Shown piece by piece: positions 17,397 through 26,535 of a stretch of DNA of 64,000 bases. A program made the position numbers and the translations under genes. Each line of letters begins with the position of its first letter. Within the stretch, counting starts at the first letter, position 1. The notes beneath the pieces are model-generated. The model was not told the DNA's origin and did no database searches. It was given only the letters and a program-made list of their open reading frames with translations. This stretch comes from Planctomycetota bacterium (GTDB lineage Bacteria > Planctomycetota > UBA1135 > UBA2386), in contig OZ245006.1 of NCBI GenBank assembly GCA_965223545.1, forward strand, positions 1,280,001 to 1,344,000, written 5' to 3'.

Positions 17397-19277
17397 TCAG
17401 AGCAGGCGCTTCTTCAGCTTGCCCTTCAGCGCGCGCAGCTCTTTCTCCAGCTCCTCGATCCGCTGGCGCAGTGCGTCGCGGTCGTCGTCGCCATCATCGC
17501 CCTCGTCGTTGCCACCAGCGCCGGTGCGGATGCGGTAGGAGAAGCGACCCTTTGGCGCATCCTCGCCATCGCCGGAGAACTGTAGGACGCGGCCGCGGAA
17601 GCCGTCGCCGTCGACCGAAACCCCTTCGCCGGCCTTCAACACGCGGAACACGCCCTTGCCGCCGGCGCCCGAGCCCACGCCCACGCCCCAGCTCCCGGCA
17701 TCGCCGGCCTTGGCGCGGCGCAGAGTATGGACGCGGACGCCCTTGCCGTTGGCGGAGTGCTCGCCGTCGCCGCTGCGGAAGAAGCGAACCGCTCCCCCCT
17801 TGCCTTCGCCGTCGCCTTCGCTCATCCGGAAGAACGCGCGCGCACCGGAGTCGTCGCACTCGGCCCCGTCACCGTCGTCGGCGTCATCGTCATTCGTGAC
17901 GCGAAGCCAGGACACGCCACTCTTGCCGAACGGGGTCACCTGGACCTCGCCGTCGTCGCCCTCAGCGAACGACCAGCTCTTGCCCTCGCGGTTGAAGAAC
18001 ACTCGGGGCGATTCGCCTTTCTTGCTGCGCACGGTGACGCCACCTTCGCCACCGAACGAGTAGCGATGGACCTCTCCACCATGCTCGTGCTCGCCGTGCC
18101 CGTGCCCGTGCTCGCCGCCGTGCTCGCCGTGCCCACTGCCGTGGTCGCCACCGCCGTGCAAGTGCTTCTCCAACGCCTCGGCGACGGCCTTGCGGATCTT
18201 CTCGTCCAGGTCGCCTCCGACGCGGACGCGCACTTCTCGTTGTTCCTTCTTCTCCCCGGTGTCGCCGCCTTTCTCCTGGGCCTCGACACCGAGCGGAAGC
18301 ACCGCGATGGCGCCGGAAACCAGCAGGGCGCGGGCGGGCCAGCTCAAACGATGCGAAAGCTTGCTCTGTGCAATCATGGTCAGTCTCCGGTTCAAAGCAC
18401 GGGGCCCGCCGAAGCCACTCGCACCGAGCGGTGGCGCCATCGAGCCGACATCCAATTGGGTGGCGACGCGCAGGAGCGCGCGCCCGTAGCCGTGCGGCCT
18501 CGTCGCCAGGGCCTCGACCGCGCGCGCGTCGCAGCGCACCTCCTCGACCTCGCGCAGCAGCTGGCGCACGGCGTGTGCGACCGGGTTCCACCAGTGCAAC
18601 GCGGCGACGACCACTTCCAGCCAACGGGTCCAGTGGTCGCGGTTGGCCAGGTGGGCCAGCTCGTGCGCCAACACCGAGCGCAGGTCGCGCGGCGACAGGC
18701 TCGCCAACATCGCGCGCGGCACCACGATGACCGGCTGGCCTCCCATCGCCCACAGAAAGGGCGACAGGTTGGCATCCACGACGCACACCGCCGGTACCCG
18801 CCGCAGCCCCAGGCGCGCCGCGAGCGGTGGCACGAGCGCGTTGACCGCTTCGGGCGCCGTCTCTGCGCGGCGCAGCAACGCCGCGCAGCGGCGCGCGCGG
18901 CGCCAAGCGACGACCGCGGCCAACGCGGCCCCGGCGAGCCATACGCCGACTCCCCAGCTCGCCAAATCCACCGCCGAAAGGCGGGCTGGCGCCACCGCGG
19001 CCGGTCCTGGCGCCGGCGGTGGCGAAGTCGCGGGCACCAAGAGCCAGTCTTCGGGCGTGGCCCCCACGGCGGCACTCGAGGCGGCTTGCGGCCACCACGG
19101 ACCGACGTCGACCGCGAGGAGCGGTGGCGTCACCAGCTTGAGGAGCGCCAGGGCAGCCAGGCCGTGGGCCACTGGCGCATTGCGCCAGACCCGCCAGACG
19201 AGCCAGGCGCAGAGCCCCAGCCCCGCGGCGACCGCACTGTTGGCCAGCAACCCGCAGACGACGTCCGGCGCACTCAT
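17397..19277 (-). CDS. M56-family (BlaR1/MecR1-type) zinc metalloprotease sensor
   Basis: TM helices, SVLAHELAHLANRDHW (HExxH), HWWNP, EVRCD; coupled to the BlaI gene by ATGA. Confidence 0.92.
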   Translation of the reverse strand: MSAPDVVCGLLANSAVAAGLGLCAWLVWRVWRNAPVAHGLAALALLKLVTPPLLAVDVGPWWPQAASSAAVGATPEDWLLVPATSPPPAPGPAAVAPARLSAVDLASWGVGVWLAGAALAAVVAWRRARRCAALLRRAETAPEAVNALVPPLAARLGLRRVPAVCVVDANLSPFLWAMGGQPVIVVPRAMLASLSPRDLRSVLAHELAHLANRDHWTRWLEVVVAALHWWNPVAHAVRQLLREVEEVRCDARAVEALATRPHGYGRALLRVATQLDVGSMAPPLGASGFGGPRALNRRLTMIAQSKLSHRLSWPARALLVSGAIAVLPLGVEAQEKGGDTGEKKEQREVRVRVGGDLDEKIRKAVAEALEKHLHGGGDHGSGHGEHGGEHGHGHGEHEHGGEVHRYSFGGEGGVTVRSKKGESPRVFFNREGKSWSFAEGDDGEVQVTPFGKSGVSWLRVTNDDDADDGDGAECDDSGARAFFRMSEGDGEGKGGAVRFFRSGDGEHSANGKGVRVHTLRRAKAGDAGSWGVGVGSGAGGKGVFRVLKAGEGVSVDGDGFRGRVLQFSGDGEDAPKGRFSYRIRTGAGGNDEGDDGDDDRDALRQRIEELEKELRALKGKLKKRLL

Positions 19278-19687
19278 CCGCGCTCGCCCTCCGGCGTCCC
19301 CGCCTCGGGGTCGCCCTCGTCGTCGCCCAGCAGCTGCCAAAGGGCGTCGCGCTCCTCCGCCGACAGCCGTGCCTGGCCGGCGAGATTGAGCAACAGCGGG
19401 GCGAGCGCTCCATCGCACACCTTGTCCGCCATGTGCTGCAGCTGCTGGCCCAAGAACGCGCCGCGGTCGACCGCCGCCTCGAACAAGTGCGGACGTTGGC
19501 CGCGGTCGCGGCGGACCCAGCGCTTCTTCTCCAGCCGGTCCAGCAGAACCTGCACGGTGCGGTACTGCACCGTCGTCGGCTCGGCGTGCAGAGCGACGGA
19601 CAGCGCGCGCACCGACTGGCGGCCGCGCTTCCAGAGTTCGTCGAGCAGTCGGAGCTCGGCGTCAGACGGGGTGGGTAGATTCGTCAC
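19274..19687 (-). CDS. BlaI/MecI/CopY-family transcriptional repressor
   Basis: PSDAELRLLDELW...YRTVQVLLDRLEKKRWVRR...KVCDGALAPLLLNL. Confidence 0.92.
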   Translation of the reverse strand: MTNLPTPSDAELRLLDELWKRGRQSVRALSVALHAEPTTVQYRTVQVLLDRLEKKRWVRRDRGQRPHLFEAAVDRGAFLGQQLQHMADKVCDGALAPLLLNLAGQARLSAEERDALWQLLGDDEGDPEAGTPEGERG

Positions 19688-19693
19688 GGGAAT

Positions 19694-19730
19694 CAAACAG
19701 GACGTTTGCGGCGTGTAAACGCCCTGTTTG
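19694..19730. promoter_or_regulatory. Inverted repeat at the BlaI-family gene start; probable autoregulatory operator
   Basis: CAAACAGGACGTTTGC-N5-GTAAACGCCCTGTTTG: 16-bp arms with 2 mismatches. Confidence 0.6.
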
Positions 19731-19801
19731 CCGCAGCCTTCCCCGATTTCTGAAGTTTCCTATCGAAGCGCACAAATAGCTGCCTTGCAGCAGTTTACGA
19801 A

Positions 19802-20413
19802 TTACTTCGAATAGTACAGGACGAAGGCCGGCGGGACATTCGCCAGGATTGCCCGAGACCGCCGAAACCCGGAGAAGCGCTCCGCCATCGCCCGCCGAAA
19901 GCGCACCGCCGCCGGCAGGCCGTAGGCATGCACGTATTGGAACGTGCGGAACTCGCCGCCGTCGGCCAACACCGCGGCGGTGCCCCCGACAACAGCCTGC
20001 TGCACCTGCACTGGCAGGCTCGCGAACGGCAAGCCGGAGACGATCGCGGCCGGCTGGCCGCGATGGTGAGCGGCGACGATCTCCTCGACGTGCTCGACCG
20101 ACCCGTGGTGGAAAGCCAGCGCGGGGAACCGCTGACGGAGCCGCGCACAGAAGCCGGCATCCCGCTCGATCCCGAGGTAGTGCGCGCCAGCCGGCAGCGC
20201 CTCGACGATCGCCTGCGTCACGGGACCGGTCCCCGGCCCGTACTCGAGCACCAAGCCACCTTCGGAGACCGGCAAGTCCGCCGCCAGCGCGCGCGCCAGC
20301 TGCCGCGAACTCGGCAGCACTGCGCCCACCGTCCGCGGGTTGCGGACGAAGGTGCCCAAGAACTGCATCGAGTCGCGCAGCGGAGCGCGGTTGCCACGAG
20401 CGGGCTGTGCCAT
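19802..20413 (-). CDS. SAM-dependent lipid N-methyltransferase (PmtA/OlsG-like)
   Basis: NPRTVGAVLPSS, VLEYGPGTGPVT, IVSGLPF, FRTFQY, NVPPAFV. Confidence 0.85.
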   Translation of the reverse strand: MAQPARGNRAPLRDSMQFLGTFVRNPRTVGAVLPSSRQLARALAADLPVSEGGLVLEYGPGTGPVTQAIVEALPAGAHYLGIERDAGFCARLRQRFPALAFHHGSVEHVEEIVAAHHRGQPAAIVSGLPFASLPVQVQQAVVGGTAAVLADGGEFRTFQYVHAYGLPAAVRFRRAMAERFSGFRRSRAILANVPPAFVLYYSK

Positions 20414-20446
20414 CGGCTCATGCTAACCGACGATCGGTCGCGGACG

Positions 20447-20740
20447 TCAGAACGCGTCGATGTCGATGCGCAGCGGGCCGCGCTCGATCACCGCCGAGCA
20501 CGCCAGCCGGAAATCGGCGGACAGCCCCATCCGATCGAGCGTGCCGCGCTCGCCCGGGGCTGCCGGCCGCAGACCGGCCTCTCCCTCCACGACGCGGACC
20601 GCATCGGTCCCACACTGACCCCGCGTGCAGCCGGTGGCGATCTCGACCCCGGCGGCAGTCGCCGCCGCCAGCACGGTCGTCTCCGGCGCAACCCAGACCA
20701 GATGCCCTCCGGGGTCGAAGCAAACCTCGACCAGCGTCAC
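20447..20740 (-). CDS. 2Fe-2S ferredoxin-like protein
   Basis: GCTRGQCGTD...RLAC; plant/adrenodoxin-type pattern with the third Cys replaced by Asp. Confidence 0.8.
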   Translation of the reverse strand: MTLVEVCFDPGGHLVWVAPETTVLAAATAAGVEIATGCTRGQCGTDAVRVVEGEAGLRPAAPGERGTLDRMGLSADFRLACSAVIERGPLRIDIDAF

Positions 20741-21081
20741 GCCAAACCCACTTCGCGGAGATGCGGCGGTGTACGGGGTGAGATCCAAGGGCGTTGCACA
20801 ACGCGACACCATACGAGCGGAGGCAACCCCCAGGAACGCTCAGCGCGGCCGAGGCCGCAACCAAAAAAACCGAGCGCACCGCGGCAATAGCGGAGCCCGC
20901 GAATCCAACGGTGCCGGACGGCCACGCTGAGCGCAGACGCCCCTGTTGCTTCTCAGCGTCCGGGAGTTGCGGTATCGAACTCCTGACGACAACTGGCCTT
21001 CGGAGATGTTGTCGCCGAGCGAAGATTCTTGGCCCGGACGCTCAAACCGCCGGGGTCGCTCGCTCGAAGAAACCGACAGCG

Positions 21082-22251
21082 ATGGCGAACGACAGCGGGA
21101 CACTGTCTCGACGGCGAGAGGAGGGCACCATCCTGATCTGGGCCCTGATGGTCGTGATGCTCACCTCGGGCATGGTGATCTCGCACTCGACCTACATGGC
21201 CGCGGCGCGCGCGACGCGGGAGACGCGGTTCTCGCGCGACACGCTGGCGAGCGCGTTCGCCCGCTCGGGCGTCACCGATACCGTCGGCTGGTTCCGGCGG
21301 CAGACCACGCAGCCGGTGCAGTCGTTTCTGCCTCTGCTCGACCCGACCGGCAACCCGCCGATCCACGACACCATCGACCCGACCGTCGGGTTGGTGCGCG
21401 AGTTCGAGATCCAGGGCAATCTGCGCGGGCGCTACGAGGTGCGCACGGCGGAGGCGAGTGACATCTCGCCCCAACGCGGCCTGACGATCCCGGGCAGCGT
21501 GTGGCAAATCGGCGTGCGCAGCTACGTCTATCGCGCGATCGACCCCACCGTCCCGTACGACCAGCCGCCCAACCGGATGATCTCGGTGGACACGATGACC
21601 ACCGAGATCCGCAACGCGCAGCTCAACCTCCCGGCACAGACGCCACTCATGCTCGACGAGGTCGGCGACCTCAACATCGGTTTCAACACGACGGTCGACG
21701 GCAGCGGCGAGGCCGCGATCGCCTACAAGCAGCCCCTGGTGATGACGGTCAGCACGATCGATGCGGGGGCCACGATCATCGGCGCCGAGCTGGCGATGCC
21801 GAGCTACGACGCCTCGGCGCTGACGGTGTTCTCCATGTCCATGCACGAGCTGCGCGCCTTCGCTGACATGGTCGTGCGGGTCGGCACTTCCGACATTCCA
21901 CTCGACGACAGCAACAAGAAGGTCATCAAGGACGCAATCGTCGTCGTCGCCGGCGACGAGCTGACCGCCGACCCGATCTACGTCGAGAACAGCCTGGTCG
22001 TCTACGACGGCAGCATGGTTCGCACGGGGCTCGCCGAGACGCAGATCCAAGGCGTCCTCTACGTCAATGGCGACGTGAAGATCGACGCGCCGTTCGTCTT
22101 GCGCGGCGCCATGGTCGTCCGCGGCGAGGTCCGCATCGGCGAATCCGGCCGCGTCGCGATCCACGGGGACCGCCACGTCGTCGCCCGAGTCCGGCAGAAC
22201 CTCAACCGCTACCGCGAACGCCGCACCAGGGTGCCCCTCGATGCGCCATAG
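21082..22251 (+). CDS. PilX/GspK-like minor (pseudo)pilin with a beta-helix-like C-terminus
   Basis: Basic leader RRREEG|TILIWALMVVMLTSG (no Glu5, as in PilX/GspK); C-terminal repeats such as IQGVLYVNGDV and LRGAMVVRGEV. Confidence 0.7.
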   Translation: MANDSGTLSRRREEGTILIWALMVVMLTSGMVISHSTYMAAARATRETRFSRDTLASAFARSGVTDTVGWFRRQTTQPVQSFLPLLDPTGNPPIHDTIDPTVGLVREFEIQGNLRGRYEVRTAEASDISPQRGLTIPGSVWQIGVRSYVYRAIDPTVPYDQPPNRMISVDTMTTEIRNAQLNLPAQTPLMLDEVGDLNIGFNTTVDGSGEAAIAYKQPLVMTVSTIDAGATIIGAELAMPSYDASALTVFSMSMHELRAFADMVVRVGTSDIPLDDSNKKVIKDAIVVVAGDELTADPIYVENSLVVYDGSMVRTGLAETQIQGVLYVNGDVKIDAPFVLRGAMVVRGEVRIGESGRVAIHGDRHVVARVRQNLNRYRERRTRVPLDAP

Positions 22252-25200
22252 CCACCGCGCCAACGCCGGGGTCACCCTGCTCGAGCTGCTGGTGTCGATG
22301 ACCTTCGTCGGGGTCTCGCTGGTCATCATGCTGCAGCAGATCGCGCTCAGCCACCACGAGATGCTGCAGGAGGACCAGCGGCTGTTCGCCCACCGCAAGG
22401 CGATGGCGATGCTCTCCGAGCTGCAGGCCAGCGTCGACCAAGGCGTCATCAACAACCCGGCCCAGCTAACCCGACTCGCCGACTTGCAACCCAACCCGCT
22501 GCTGACGACGCGGTCCAGCAGCATCGCCCCCGACCATCCGATGTCGGGCAACGTGCGCCTGGCCAACGGCAACTGGAAGTACCGCCGGACCGTGCGCATC
22601 GATCCGATTCTCGGCTCGGAGCAGGCCCGCTACACCCACGTGCAGATCGAACGGCACACCGAGGGCGGCAGCATCCTGGTCGAAGCCGCCGCGGGCGGGG
22701 TGCTCAATCTGCCGGCCACGGCGTACCCGGCCACCAAGCAGTACGACGTCTACGTCTTGGCGCTGGCCGCGGCACCCTCGCTGTGGATGCCGACCGGCCC
22801 GCTGCGCGCGATGCTGCAGGCCGAAGCGCTTCGCATCCAGCAGGACAACCCCGGGTTGAGCTTCCGCCTCCGCTTCATCACCGAGCTGGGCTACGGTCGC
22901 GATCCTCTGTACGCGCCGTTCGTCAACGACAAGCTGGCAGCGGATCAGGCCGCTCCCTGGGCGTACACCTATCCGGGCCGGCTCGGCGCCGGCCAGCAGT
23001 ACAGCGCGCTCTACGCGTCCGCCAACTTCCGCGGGCGGGTGCGCAACGAGGCCGGCTTCGTCAACGATTTCGACGCGGCGAAGAACCCGTTCCCGCACAC
23101 CGTTGCCGACCGCTTCAACCACTGCATGCGCACGCCCGCGGCGCGGCAGCGCTTCGCGCAACGAGTGGCGACGGGCCAGGAGGACCCCGACGCTCCCCCG
23201 CTGCACCTGCTGCTGGCCGACCTGCATGACGATCCGGCCCGGTACCGCAACGCGATCTTCATCAACTTGCACGGCGAGGGGCTGCCGTGCCCTCCGCTGC
23301 GCAACTACTCCGACCCGGCCAAGCTGCCGCAGACGCTGCCGGGCGTCCGCGTCGTCACGCATCCCACGCGACTGCACACCGCGCGCGACCCCGACGGCGA
23401 CGGCGACGCCAGCGACAGCGCGGACGTCGCGCTGCAGGTGTACGCGTACCACACCGATCCGGGGACCGCGCCGGCGGTGCTCGGTCAGCCGATCACCGTC
23501 CAGCTCGCCGGCCTGGACCCGGCCAAGTTGACGGACATCGCCGCGTCTCTCGACGTCCGGTGCACCGTGGGCGGCGTCGACCCGGCCACCGGAAGCACCA
23601 GCAGCGGCAACCTCGACTACGCCGTCGTCACACCACCCACCACGGCGCCGGTCGGGGTCGGCATGTGGTACGAAGTCGGCACCGCTACGACCCCCGACGC
23701 ACACATCTGGCTGCGGCTACACAACACACCATTGATCGCACCCGCGGTGAACGGCCGCGGCTTGCCGGCATCGCAGCGTCTCTACGGAATGGACTACGTG
23801 CCGGCGCCGTTGGCCGATGGTCTCGACGCCGTCGGCACCGGACCCAAGAACACCGCGCGGTGGTCGATCCGCGTTCCACCCGGTGCTCAGCTCACATGGC
23901 TGTCCACTGACCGCATGGTGACGGTCCGCACGCGGATCGGCGCCAACGCGAGCAGTGGTCAGGCCTGGCCCACCGCGATCGAGCCACACAACCACTCCGA
24001 GACCTACACCTGGTGGACGCGCAGCGCCCTGTCGATCCCGCTGACGGAGCGCTTTCAGTTCTTGGGTGACCCGCGCCACAGTCCCTACGCCGACTTGGCC
24101 GCCGGCGGCAGCAGCTTTCCGCACGGCTACAACTGGTTCTTCGACGACCTGCAAGACGGCGCGGTGGACGCCAGCGCCGCCTGGCCGGTAGTGGATGCGA
24201 CGCGGCTGCGACACGGTTTCGGTCTGGGTGTGACCGCGGATGTTCCGCGGCTGGTGCAGGTCTGGCGCGAAGCGCTGCAGGCCTCGACCGCCGTCTTCCT
24301 GCACGCCAACGGCAGATTGGCCCAGTACGCGCTGCTCGGCGGCGAAGCCGGCCTGCCGCCGAGCAGCGAGGGCGCCATGCCCGCCGCGGTCCGCTGCGCG
24401 GGTGATCTGTACGCGCAGCCCGGCCCGGTCTCTCCGGCCGAGCTCCACCCCGGAACTGCCAGCCATACGGTGCCGACCGTCGGCCAGCCGCTGATCGTCG
24501 ACCGCGACACTGCCTTCTGGTGCAAGCCATGGCTGGGAGAGCTGTTCCCGGATGCGGTGGCGACCCAGTACGGGACCGACGGCAACTTGGCCTGTGGTAA
24601 CAGTCCTCGCTTCTACCGCGTGGGCCGCGGCGCGGCTTCGCTCGCCGGGCTGCCGGCGGGCACGTCGTTCGCCGTGCCGAGCAGCGCGGCCCTGGGCGCG
24701 CACGGTGGCGCGACCGTGTTGCAGATCGGCAGCCCGGCGACGCGCTTCCAGCACGAATCGCTGCCGGTGGAGACCATGCTGGCCGCGGTGCAGTCGGGCG
24801 CCGACATCCTGCAGGCGGCGGGCTACGAGAACCACGCGATCACACCGGGGTGGCAGCCCTACCGCGCCGACCAGGCCCTGCCGGTTCCGTTGCCACAAGA
24901 CGTCGATCCCGCGGCGTTTCCGGATCTGCCGGCGGACTTCCTCGGGCGCTTCAGCGAGGCGCCCAACAGCCTCGCGGGCGGCGGTGTGATTCGGCTGCGC
25001 AACCCGTTGTCCACCGAGGCAGCCTACTTCGCCTTGGCGAGCGACACGGCGATCAGCGGCGAGCACCACGCGCTGCTGCTGCGCCGCTCCTTTCTGTTCG
25101 CCCTCCGCGCGTTCCACGAGGGCGGCGCCGGCAGCCCCGGCCAGCCCGAGTTGGTGCCGCAGGTGCCGCTCTTGGAGATCACCGCCCCGCGTCCACCGCT

Positions 25201-25558
25201 CGAGCTCAGCGCCCCCACTTCGGTGCAGCTGACCTGGCGCACGCTGCTCCAGCGGTTCGACGGCGAGCCCCTGACCACTCCGAACGCGGAGGCCAACTAC
25301 ATCTACGTCATCAGCCATTCGCCCGCCGGCCAGCCCTTCCGCTACATCGGCAAGCCGGGTTTGGCGACGCCGGGGCAGCTGCCGACCGATCCGTCGCTCT
25401 GGATCTACGACGCGTCGCCGGGCGAGGAGAGCTTCGTGCTGCCGCTGTCCCCCGTCGAGTTCCCCACCGGGGACTACACGATCAGAGTCGAGTGTTTCGA
25501 CCGCACTCGCGCGCAGCACTCTGCGTACCACCAGGTCAACATATCGATCGTCCGCTAG
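22241..25558 (+). CDS. Very large prepilin-type N-terminal cleavage/methylation protein, 1105 aa
   Basis: RANAG|VTLLELLVSMTFVGVSLVIML class III signal with Glu5; overlaps the upstream stop. Confidence 0.8.
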   Translation: MRHSHRANAGVTLLELLVSMTFVGVSLVIMLQQIALSHHEMLQEDQRLFAHRKAMAMLSELQASVDQGVINNPAQLTRLADLQPNPLLTTRSSSIAPDHPMSGNVRLANGNWKYRRTVRIDPILGSEQARYTHVQIERHTEGGSILVEAAAGGVLNLPATAYPATKQYDVYVLALAAAPSLWMPTGPLRAMLQAEALRIQQDNPGLSFRLRFITELGYGRDPLYAPFVNDKLAADQAAPWAYTYPGRLGAGQQYSALYASANFRGRVRNEAGFVNDFDAAKNPFPHTVADRFNHCMRTPAARQRFAQRVATGQEDPDAPPLHLLLADLHDDPARYRNAIFINLHGEGLPCPPLRNYSDPAKLPQTLPGVRVVTHPTRLHTARDPDGDGDASDSADVALQVYAYHTDPGTAPAVLGQPITVQLAGLDPAKLTDIAASLDVRCTVGGVDPATGSTSSGNLDYAVVTPPTTAPVGVGMWYEVGTATTPDAHIWLRLHNTPLIAPAVNGRGLPASQRLYGMDYVPAPLADGLDAVGTGPKNTARWSIRVPPGAQLTWLSTDRMVTVRTRIGANASSGQAWPTAIEPHNHSETYTWWTRSALSIPLTERFQFLGDPRHSPYADLAAGGSSFPHGYNWFFDDLQDGAVDASAAWPVVDATRLRHGFGLGVTADVPRLVQVWREALQASTAVFLHANGRLAQYALLGGEAGLPPSSEGAMPAAVRCAGDLYAQPGPVSPAELHPGTASHTVPTVGQPLIVDRDTAFWCKPWLGELFPDAVATQYGTDGNLACGNSPRFYRVGRGAASLAGLPAGTSFAVPSSAALGAHGGATVLQIGSPATRFQHESLPVETMLAAVQSGADILQAAGYENHAITPGWQPYRADQALPVPLPQDVDPAAFPDLPADFLGRFSEAPNSLAGGGVIRLRNPLSTEAAYFALASDTAISGEHHALLLRRSFLFALRAFHEGGAGSPGQPELVPQVPLLEITAPRPPLELSAPTSVQLTWRTLLQRFDGEPLTTPNAEANYIYVISHSPAGQPFRYIGKPGLATPGQLPTDPSLWIYDASPGEESFVLPLSPVEFPTGDYTIRVECFDRTRAQHSAYHQVNISIVR

Positions 25559-26535
25559 TGTCGTGCTTCAGTAGACCGTGCAGCAAGTGCACACGGCGAC
25601 GGGCAAGGCGCGAAGCCGGCCTCAGCCTGATCGAGATCGTCATCGCCCTGGCGGCGTTCACCACGCTGCTCGTCGTCAGCATGCAGACGATCACCGGCTT
25701 GACCGAGTCGCAGGCCTACGTCGAAGGCAAGGCGCGCACGCGCGCGCTGGCGGAACGCATCGTCGAGTTGGTCCGCGAAGACGTGCTGTACTCGACGCGA
25801 CTGTTCCAACACCGCAGTGCCAGCTACGCGTTGATCGAGAAGATGGCACTGCCGGACATGCCGCTCACCGATAGCCGCCTGCCCACCAGCTCGGCCATCG
25901 GCTACTTCGCACCCGATCCCGCCGGCGTCATCGAAACCGGCAACCTGCTGTTCCTGCTGCGCACCGAGCCGACGATCATCGCGGACTTGGACGCCGTCGT
26001 CCCGGGGATGCTCTGGCGCGTGAGCACCTACCGGTTCGTGCTGTATTACCTGACCGGCGACGAGGAGTACGACTTGCATCGCTGGGCCAGCACGGTGGTC
26101 GCTGACCACCACGACATCGTCCGGCTGACGAACCAGGGCCAACGCCACGCCCTGGTGGAAGTTCTGCTCCAGCAGGGAATCGACTTCGCCTGGGACTCGC
26201 GCGCGGCACCGGCAGCGTCCATGTACACGCTGGCCATCGACGAGGATCCAGCACCGCTGACACCGGAAACCAAAGTCAGCATGGACCAGAAGTTCTCGGC
26301 GCCGTCGCTGGTCGGTGCGCGCGATTGCCGGATCGCGGCCAACGGCACGCCCGCGCCGCTGTTCGTGCCATCCTACGCCCGCCCGACGACGTATTTCCCA
26401 CAGGGCTTCGAGGTCAAGGTCGACGGCAACGCCATCGGCGGGCTGCTGATGGTGCGCATCGGCCTCCAGCAGAGCATCGGCAACCGCACACACGGGATCA
26501 CCGCGACACGCCAGCAGAGCTACCGCGATCAATGA
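25558..26535 (+). CDS. PilW/GspJ-like minor (pseudo)pilin
   Basis: RRRARREAG|LSLIEIVIALAAFTTLLVV; GTG overlaps the upstream TAG by 1 nt. Confidence 0.75.
   Translation: MSCFSRPCSKCTRRRARREAGLSLIEIVIALAAFTTLLVVSMQTITGLTESQAYVEGKARTRALAERIVELVREDVLYSTRLFQHRSASYALIEKMALPDMPLTDSRLPTSSAIGYFAPDPAGVIETGNLLFLLRTEPTIIADLDAVVPGMLWRVSTYRFVLYYLTGDEEYDLHRWASTVVADHHDIVRLTNQGQRHALVEVLLQQGIDFAWDSRAAPAASMYTLAIDEDPAPLTPETKVSMDQKFSAPSLVGARDCRIAANGTPAPLFVPSYARPTTYFPQGFEVKVDGNAIGGLLMVRIGLQQSIGNRTHGITATRQQSYRDQ

Noticed and set aside
18080..18165. Short tandem GTGCTCGCC/GTGCCC repeats as a CRISPR or VNTR
   Set aside because: They encode the His/Gly tract of the M56 protein; there is no repeat-spacer structure and no cas gene.
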